DNA from: a virus
Lineage: Duplodnaviria; Heunggongvirae; Uroviricota; Caudoviricetes
Strand: one strand, 5' to 3'
IMG/VR virus record: IMGVR_UViG_2579778919_000005
Length of the DNA: 4,050 nucleotides
Part shown: one piece after another, positions 1-4,050 of the stretch
How the letters are laid out: each line of letters begins with the position of its first letter
Numbering within the stretch: the stretch's first letter is position 1
Position numbers and translations under genes: made by a program
The notes under the pieces: model-generated
Databases searched by the model: none
Seen by the model: only the letters and a program-made list of their open reading frames with translations
Told to the model about the DNA's origin: nothing

Positions 1-192
1 TCAGGAGCATTTCTGGTTAACGCCACCGTTAAGAATCCACCCTTCAACAGCTTCACGAAGGTATGATTTGGGGTGGGTTCTGACTGGCTTCGGAAATCCG
101 TACCGTTTGGTATAGTTCCAGATTGTCTGACGTGATGAAACACCGAGCTTGTTCATCACTTCTTTCTCAGGAATCAGGCTGGTATCGGTCAT
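1..192 (-). CDS. AlpA-family helix-turn-helix DNA-binding protein (prophage transcriptional regulator / excisionase-like), 63 aa
   Basis: Complete ORF on the minus strand: ATG at 192..190, TGA at 3..1. GGAGA Shine-Dalgarno (plus coords 199..203) sits 6 nt upstream of the ATG. The translated segment EKEVMNKLGVSSRQTIWNYTKRYGFPKPVRTHPKSYLREAVEGWI fits the AlpA/Vis-type HTH pattern recalled from memory (hydrophobic-x-x-E-V, G-x-S-R-S/T-T-I-Y, FP-K-P, trailing W). Size of 63 aa is typical for the family. Confidence 0.8.
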   Translation of the reverse strand: MTDTSLIPEKEVMNKLGVSSRQTIWNYTKRYGFPKPVRTHPKSYLREAVEGWILNGGVNQKCS

Positions 193-269
193 CTTAATTC
201 TCCAGGCAAAAAGAAACCGCCATATAGCGGCTCTATCAGATATGTACAGGCCTCATCGAGTGTGGGGCG

Positions 270-614
270 TTAGTCCTTGCGTAGCTCGCTGATTCTTCTG
301 TAAGTCTCTGGCGCTTTGTTTCCGTGTATCTTCATTTCAGACTTCAACAGAGCAACGAGGGAATCCCATTCGTTGAGGATGCCTTTGAATGTCGGAACGC
401 GCTTTGCAACCTTGTCGAATGAATCTCTGATTTCTGGAATCTGCTCAACAAGTGCAACACATCGCCGGAAGTCTGCTGCGTCATGGGGAGCGCCGAAGTG
501 ATGACCATAGATATTCTTTTTCAGTCCACATGCGATTGAGGCAAGAGTTGCGCTACTGATGCCGACATCGCCAGTTGATTGCCATTTCAAAACCTTCATA
601 GCCAAATCTGACAT
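270..614 (-). CDS. hypothetical protein, 114 aa (123 aa if the GTG at 641 is used); no recognisable family
   Basis: ORF track lists a minus-strand ORF 270..641 whose first codon is GTG. An in-frame ATG at 614..612 is preceded by GGAGA (plus coords 621..625) with 6-nt spacing, so I prefer that start. Stop is TAA at 272..270. The protein has mixed, non-repetitive composition and no predicted TM segment. It is in tandem with, and 77 bp upstream of, the AlpA-like gene, so probably co-transcribed. Function unknown; I do not recognise the sequence. Confidence 0.6.
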   Translation of the reverse strand: MSDLAMKVLKWQSTGDVGISSATLASIACGLKKNIYGHHFGAPHDAADFRRCVALVEQIPEIRDSFDKVAKRVPTFKGILNEWDSLVALLKSEMKIHGNKAPETYRRISELRKD

Positions 615-663
615 TTCTTGTCTCCATAAAACAAAACTCACCGTAGCGAGTTCAGATAAAAGA

Positions 664-685
664 AATCCCCGCGAGTGCGAGGATT
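664..685. promoter_or_regulatory. 22-bp imperfect palindrome AATCC-c-CGC-gagt-GCG-a-GGATT; candidate operator or bidirectional hairpin in the divergent intergenic region
   Basis: Pairs 664..668 with 681..685 and 670..672 with 677..679, with one mismatch (669/680). It lies between the divergently oriented minus-strand cassette (start 614) and the plus-strand gene run. On the minus strand it is followed by TTCTTTTATC, so it could also act as a terminator for leftward transcripts entering from the right. Confidence 0.3.
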
Positions 686-693
686 GTTATTCA

Positions 694-1089
694 TTGCCGA
701 TATTCACCTTTATCGCGAACACCTTTACAGGAGGACTTGGTTCGACAGCCACAAGCAATCAACTGGCTACGATTGCTCCGACTCTCGGTCAGTCGTGGTT
801 ATCAAACCAGATGAGCAATTACAACAATCTGGCAAACGTTGGGCTTGGTGCGCTGCAAGGTCAGGCAAACGCTGGGCAGACATACGCCAACAACATGAGC
901 AGCATTGCACAGCAAAGCGCAGCACTTGCCGCTGCTAATGCCAATAAACCATCAAGTCTTCAGACAGCAATTAGCGGCGGCACGTCTGGTGCGATTGCCG
1001 GTGCAGGTCTTGCCAGCCTTCTTGAAACATCAACACCGTGGGGTGCTGGCATTGGCGCTGGTATCGGATTGCTTGACTCGTTGTTTTAA
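694..1089 (+). CDS. small Gly/Ala-rich putative membrane-active virion (ejection-type) protein; 5' end uncertain, possibly a truncated remnant
   Basis: Frame-1 ORF ending in TAA at 1087..1089. The track start (ATG 559) gives a Cys-rich, non-protein-like N-terminus and overlaps the divergent minus-strand gene, so I reject it. Remaining in-frame starts are TTG 694 (GAGGA at 679..683, 10-nt spacing) or ATG 811 (no clear SD). The C-terminal part (TSGAIAGAGLASLLETSTPWGAGIGAGIGLLDSLF) is a glycine-zipper hydrophobic segment. Composition matches the next two genes. Confidence 0.45.
   Translation: MPIFTFIANTFTGGLGSTATSNQLATIAPTLGQSWLSNQMSNYNNLANVGLGALQGQANAGQTYANNMSSIAQQSAALAAANANKPSSLQTAISGGTSGAIAGAGLASLLETSTPWGAGIGAGIGLLDSLF
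705..727 (+). repeat. direct repeat CACCTTTA (705..712 and 720..727), with a flanking TATTCA duplication (688..693 and 701..706)
   Basis: Exact 8-bp direct repeat 15 bp apart, immediately upstream of GGAGGA (730..735), inside the uncertain 5' region of ORF1. Could be tandem regulator-binding sites or coincidence. Confidence 0.25.
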
Positions 1090-1098
1090 GGGGTAATC

Positions 1099-1812
1099 AT
1101 GGCTACTTGGCAAGGAACAAACGGCGGATTGTTGGCTGGTATCGGTGGCGTCAACTCAAACGCTCCTAACGTAAATGACATCGGCAATACGCTTCAGCTT
1201 ATCAGGCAGAACAATGATATTGAGCGTTCAGGCGCTAACAATGTTGGGCTGACTGTTTTGCAAGGTCTTTCTGGTATTGCGGGTGTTTTTAAGCAGGAAA
1301 AGCAGGCTCAGCGGCAGAAAGAATTTCAGCGGGCGTACGCTAATGCTTATGCGTCTGGTGATCGCGGTGCTTTGCGTCAGTTGGCTACTCAATATCCAGA
1401 CCAGATTGAATCTGTTCGTAAAGGAATGGGATTCATTGATGAAGACCAGCGCAATTCTATCGGCACCTTAGCGGCTGGCGCACGCCTTGCATCATCATCT
1501 CCAGAAGCAATGCAATCATGGCTGCAAAACAACGCCAAGGAACTGACTCGCGTCGGTGTTGACCCTAATAACGTTGCTCAGATGTATCAGCAGAATCCTT
1601 CAGGATTTGGTGAGTTTGTTGATCACCTTGGGATGGCTGCTCTTGGTCCGATTGATTACTTCAATGTTCAGGACAAGATGGCTGGTCGTGAGATTGACCG
1701 AGGCAGACTGGCAGAGACAATCCGCAGCAATCAGGCTGGTGAAGCACTAACAGCGCGTGGTCAGGACATCCAGATATCGGAAAGATTAGAAATCAGCTTG
1801 AAAGCAAGTTGA
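1099..1812 (+). CDS. putative internal virion / DNA-ejection protein, 237 aa (functional analogue of the P22 gp7/gp20/gp16 class)
   Basis: ATG at 1099 preceded by AGGGG (1090..1093) with 5-nt spacing; stop TGA at 1810..1812. The N-terminus has a glycine-rich hydrophobic stretch (GGLLAGIGGV) followed by a Q/N/A-rich, probably helical, low-complexity sequence. It lies in a co-oriented run of genes directly upstream of a P22-type tailspike gene, the position ejection-protein genes occupy in P22-like phages. The functional call rests on synteny and composition, not recognised sequence identity. Confidence 0.7.
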   Translation: MATWQGTNGGLLAGIGGVNSNAPNVNDIGNTLQLIRQNNDIERSGANNVGLTVLQGLSGIAGVFKQEKQAQRQKEFQRAYANAYASGDRGALRQLATQYPDQIESVRKGMGFIDEDQRNSIGTLAAGARLASSSPEAMQSWLQNNAKELTRVGVDPNNVAQMYQQNPSGFGEFVDHLGMAALGPIDYFNVQDKMAGREIDRGRLAETIRSNQAGEALTARGQDIQISERLEISLKAS

Positions 1813-1814
1813 GC

Positions 1815-1840
1815 ACTGTTAAAAAACAGTTTGATTATCA
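1815..1840 (+). terminator. weak hairpin (ACTGTT-AAAA-AACAGT) followed by TTGATTATCA; candidate attenuator between ORF2 and ORF3
   Basis: 6-bp stem with only 2 G:C pairs and a 4-nt loop, starting 3 nt after the ORF2 stop, followed by a U-rich stretch. If real, it would only partially terminate. Confidence 0.2.
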
Positions 1841-1912
1841 GGAGCCGGTGCAGAATATGCCAGGGCAACAATCTACTACTGGCAGTAACTTTTCTTCACT
1901 ATGGGGTGATTA

Positions 1913-3175
1913 ATGGCTAAAGCATGGAAAGATGTTATCAGATTTGCAGAGCGTGAAGGAGTTCCTCTGCACACCACAGACCTGTTACAACCAACTTCCT
2001 GCGTCGGAAAAATGGCGCAGACTACAGCAGAAAATATCCCTCTGGCTGGCACAAGCGGAATGAGAGCAACGCAACAGGAAGCGAGAAGCCAGTTGGTGCA
2101 GAGATTTGCTGATAAATTCGGTGAGTATGATCCAGCGGTTGTTATTGACAGCCTTAAAGCGAAAACATCAGGAATTCGTCGTGCCGCCGGTAATCGACTG
2201 GAGCAGGTTCAGAATGCTATGGCTGGAGTAAACATTCAGCCTGCGCGAGCAATTCAGCAGATTGATACAGAAATATCTAACCTGCAGAAGCTTGGTAAGG
2301 TTGCTGATAACGAGACTATTTCAAAACTTCAGTCATATCGTGATGAGCTTGTTCGCAATGCTGGTCCTGATGGTCCGGTAAATCTGGATTTGAAGCAATT
2401 AAGCGATCTGCGCAGCCAGTTCAGAATGGACGTGAAGGGTGAGCGACCAGTGTTACCAAACCGTTCCGATGCTGCCATTCAGCGCGTTTACAAGGCAATG
2501 ACCGACGATATCAATGGTGCCATTGGTCAGAATCTTGGCAACGATACTCTCCGTAAATATCAGCAGGCCAATGCCGTCTACGCTGACGAAGCGGCGAAAC
2601 TAAAGAATACCAGACTGAAGAATGTTCTCATGAAAGGCGACCTGACGCCGGAAGTTGTCAACAACATGCTATTCAGCAAGAACAAATCGGAAATTAAGAC
2701 GCTGTATAACTCAGTTGGTCGTGTTGGCCGGGCGCAAATGCGCAATGGCATCATTGGAAAGGCGATGGAGAAATCTGGCGGATCCCCAGCCCAGTTCCTT
2801 CGACAGCTTAACATCCTGCAAAACCATACTGGCATCACATTTAAAGGTCAGGATGCTGCTTATCTGAAAGGATTGAAAAACTACCTGCAATCCACGCAGC
2901 AGGCTGCAAAAGCGGCAGTAACAACACCCACAGGTCAGCAAACCATCCCGTTCATTATCGGGTATGGGACTGCAATGAACCCGGCGACAACTGGCGCAGC
3001 AGTAAGCTACGGCCTTCTTGCTCGCGCCTATGAGAGTAAGCCATTCAGAAATGCAATGCTACGAATGGCAAATACCCCACGCGGATCAACAGCGTTTGAG
3101 AAAGCCATGCAGCAGGCACAAAAGGCCATTAACTCCCTGACTCAGGGTGCTAAGTCTGATGCGTTGTCAGAATAG
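1913..3175 (+). CDS. putative internal virion / DNA-ejection protein, 420 aa
   Basis: ATG at 1913 preceded by GGGG (1903..1906) with 6-nt spacing; stop TAG at 3173..3175. Long, uninterrupted ORF; the competing ORFs on either strand are short and internal. The protein is A/Q/K-rich and probably helical, with a hydrophobic Gly-rich segment near the C-terminus (IPFIIGYGTAMNPATTGAAVSYGLLA). It is the last gene before the tailspike. The functional call is by position and composition only. Confidence 0.75.
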   Translation: MAKAWKDVIRFAEREGVPLHTTDLLQPTSCVGKMAQTTAENIPLAGTSGMRATQQEARSQLVQRFADKFGEYDPAVVIDSLKAKTSGIRRAAGNRLEQVQNAMAGVNIQPARAIQQIDTEISNLQKLGKVADNETISKLQSYRDELVRNAGPDGPVNLDLKQLSDLRSQFRMDVKGERPVLPNRSDAAIQRVYKAMTDDINGAIGQNLGNDTLRKYQQANAVYADEAAKLKNTRLKNVLMKGDLTPEVVNNMLFSKNKSEIKTLYNSVGRVGRAQMRNGIIGKAMEKSGGSPAQFLRQLNILQNHTGITFKGQDAAYLKGLKNYLQSTQQAAKAAVTTPTGQQTIPFIIGYGTAMNPATTGAAVSYGLLARAYESKPFRNAMLRMANTPRGSTAFEKAMQQAQKAINSLTQGAKSDALSE

Positions 3176-3284
3176 CTTCGCAAACACCAGGAATATGCAA
3201 AAACCAAATATGTAGAGCGCAATATTCAATAGATCTCTTTGCATAGACTCATCTCATAATTAACAAATCATAACTGACATTAGT

Positions 3285-3320
3285 GCAATGCTGGGCAAGT
3301 TGCATCTTGTTCGGCATTGC
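3285..3320 (+). promoter_or_regulatory. 15-bp stem / 6-nt loop RNA hairpin 20 nt upstream of the tailspike start codon
   Basis: Left arm 3285..3299 (GCAATGCTGGGCAAG) pairs with right arm 3306..3320 (CTTGTTCGGCATTGC): 12 Watson-Crick pairs plus 3 G:U pairs, loop TTGCAT. No U-tract follows, so it is not a canonical intrinsic terminator; more likely an RNA stability, processing or translational-control element. Confidence 0.4.
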
Positions 3321-3339
3321 TACGTCCGGAGCAAATTAA

Positions 3340-4050
3340 ATGACAGACATTACAGCCAATGTTGTAATTGGGATGCCTTCGCAACTCTTCACTATGGCGC
3401 GTTCTTTTAAAGCCGTAGCCAATGGCAAAATTTATATCGGTAAAATTGACACTGACCCGGTAAATACTGAAAACCAGATTCCGGTTTATGTAGAGAACGA
3501 AGACGGCTCTCACGTTTCTGTTTCTCAACCAATCATCATTAACGCTGCTGGATATCCGGTATATAACGGGCAGATTGCCAAATTCGTAACTGTGCAAGGC
3601 CATTCTATGGCTGTATATGATGCGTATGGCACGCAGCAGTTCTATTTCCCTAATGTGCTGAAGTATGACCCTGATCAATTTCAGGAAAGATTGCTATCTG
3701 AAAATGGGCCATTATTAGTTGATGATTCAGTTGTTCGTGTAAAACAACCCCTCTCTATGGCAATCGAGAGAGCACAGCACGATAAAAATGCAGATTTTGT
3801 GAGCGCGAAAGACTTTGGGTTTAAAGGTGATGGCACGAATGATGATGCTGCGGTGCTCAAACTTAAAGATTACGTTAACACAAGACCTAAATATTCTCCA
3901 CCAGTATCCGTGTACTTTCCAGATGGAAATTATCTTATTAGCGAGTCATTGAATTTAATTAGACCTGTTACTTTATACTCTTTTAAAGGAGCAACAATAA
4001 ACTATACTGGAACTGACGCTGCAGTTAAGTGTGGAGATCCAACTGACGAA
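3340..4050 (+). CDS. tailspike protein, N-terminal 237 codons (P22 gp9-type head-binding domain plus the start of a beta-helix receptor-binding domain); 3' end lies beyond the window
   Basis: ATG at 3340 with GGAG (3328..3331) 8 nt upstream; the frame stays open to the last base of the window. Residues 1..113 (MTDITANVV...[21 protein letters not shown]...[14 protein letters not shown]...QPIIINAAG...[13 protein letters not shown]...NVLKYDPDQ) match, at most positions, the conserved head-binding domain of P22/Sf6/HK620-type tailspikes as I recall it. After YDPDQ the sequence diverges and contains [17 protein letters not shown] (nt 3808..3858), the motif typical of the start of pectate-lyase-like right-handed beta-helix depolymerases. 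Not in the supplied ORF track because it has no stop inside the window. Confidence 0.9.
   Translation, partial: MTDITANVVIGMPSQLFTMARSFKAVANGKIYIGKIDTDPVNTENQIPVYVENEDGSHVSVSQPIIINAAGYPVYNGQIAKFVTVQGHSMAVYDAYGTQQFYFPNVLKYDPDQFQERLLSENGPLLVDDSVVRVKQPLSMAIERAQHDKNADFVSAKDFGFKGDGTNDDAAVLKLKDYVNTRPKYSPPVSVYFPDGNYLISESLNLIRPVTLYSFKGATINYTGTDAAVKCGDPTDE

Noticed and set aside
217-230. Short inverted repeat CCGC-CATATA-GCGG between the two minus-strand genes
   Set aside because: Only a 4-bp stem, too weak to call a terminator or operator with any confidence. It may overlap a weak promoter (TGTACA-N16-TATATG on the minus strand) for the AlpA-like gene, but that is speculative.
316-501. 61-aa plus-strand ORF
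   Set aside because: Entirely antisense to the better-supported 114-aa minus-strand gene; no SD; implausible composition.
559-693. Track start of ORF1 at ATG 559 (176-aa version)
   Set aside because: It would overlap the divergent minus-strand gene by 56 nt and run through the intergenic palindrome, and it encodes a Cys-rich N-terminus (MPTSPVDCHFKTFIAKSDISCLHK...RECEDCYS) unlike the rest of the protein. More likely a non-coding read-through of the open frame.
675-1096. Alternative-frame plus-strand ORFs 675..938 (87 aa) and 905..1096 (63 aa)
   Set aside because: They are embedded in ORF1 in other frames; their Arg/Cys/His-rich composition is typical of off-frame translation of a Gly/Ala-rich gene.
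1277-1750. Plus-strand ORFs 1277..1471 and 1556..1750 (64 aa each)
   Set aside because: Off-frame ORFs internal to ORF2 with no independent start signals; Leu/Arg-rich artefact composition.
2578-2941. ORFs 2578..2838 (-), 2655..2867 (+) and 2711..2941 (-)
   Set aside because: All lie inside the 420-aa ORF3, are short and lack ribosome-binding sites. The long continuous frame of ORF3 is the parsimonious gene.
3280-3678. 132-aa minus-strand ORF
   Set aside because: Antisense to the tailspike head-binding domain, whose plus-strand translation matches a well-known conserved protein domain. The minus-strand product is an artefact.
1-4050. tRNA, rRNA, CRISPR array, IS element or integrase within the window
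   Set aside because: No cloverleaf-like conserved tRNA features, no regularly spaced direct repeats, no terminal inverted repeats flanking a transposase-like ORF, and no ORF with integrase or transposase character were seen.

Overview
This 4,050-bp window reads as the distal end of a P22-like podovirus tail/ejection region in an enterobacterial-type background, abutted on the left by a small, oppositely oriented regulatory cassette. On the minus strand are a 63-aa AlpA-family HTH regulator (192..1) and, upstream of it, a 114-aa protein of unknown function (614..270). On the plus strand are three consecutive low-complexity, Gly/Ala/Gln/Asn-rich proteins (about 694..1089, 1099..1812, 1913..3175), which I interpret by position and composition as DNA-ejection/internal virion proteins. 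A structured 164-bp spacer follows, then the 5' part of a tailspike gene (3340..>4050). Its first 113 codons are the conserved P22-type head-binding domain; the rest begins a different beta-helix receptor-binding domain. The tailspike ORF is missing from the supplied ORF track only because it runs off the window end. I recognised no rRNA, tRNA, CRISPR array or IS element. The main points of interest are: (1) anomalous synteny, with a regulatory cassette where upstream tail genes would be expected and a first plus-strand ORF lacking a credible start; (2) a single in-frame TAA separating ORF1 from ORF2; (3) a 15-bp RNA hairpin just upstream of the tailspike ribosome-binding site; (4) a mosaic tailspike. 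All homology statements are from memory of protein families, not from a database search.
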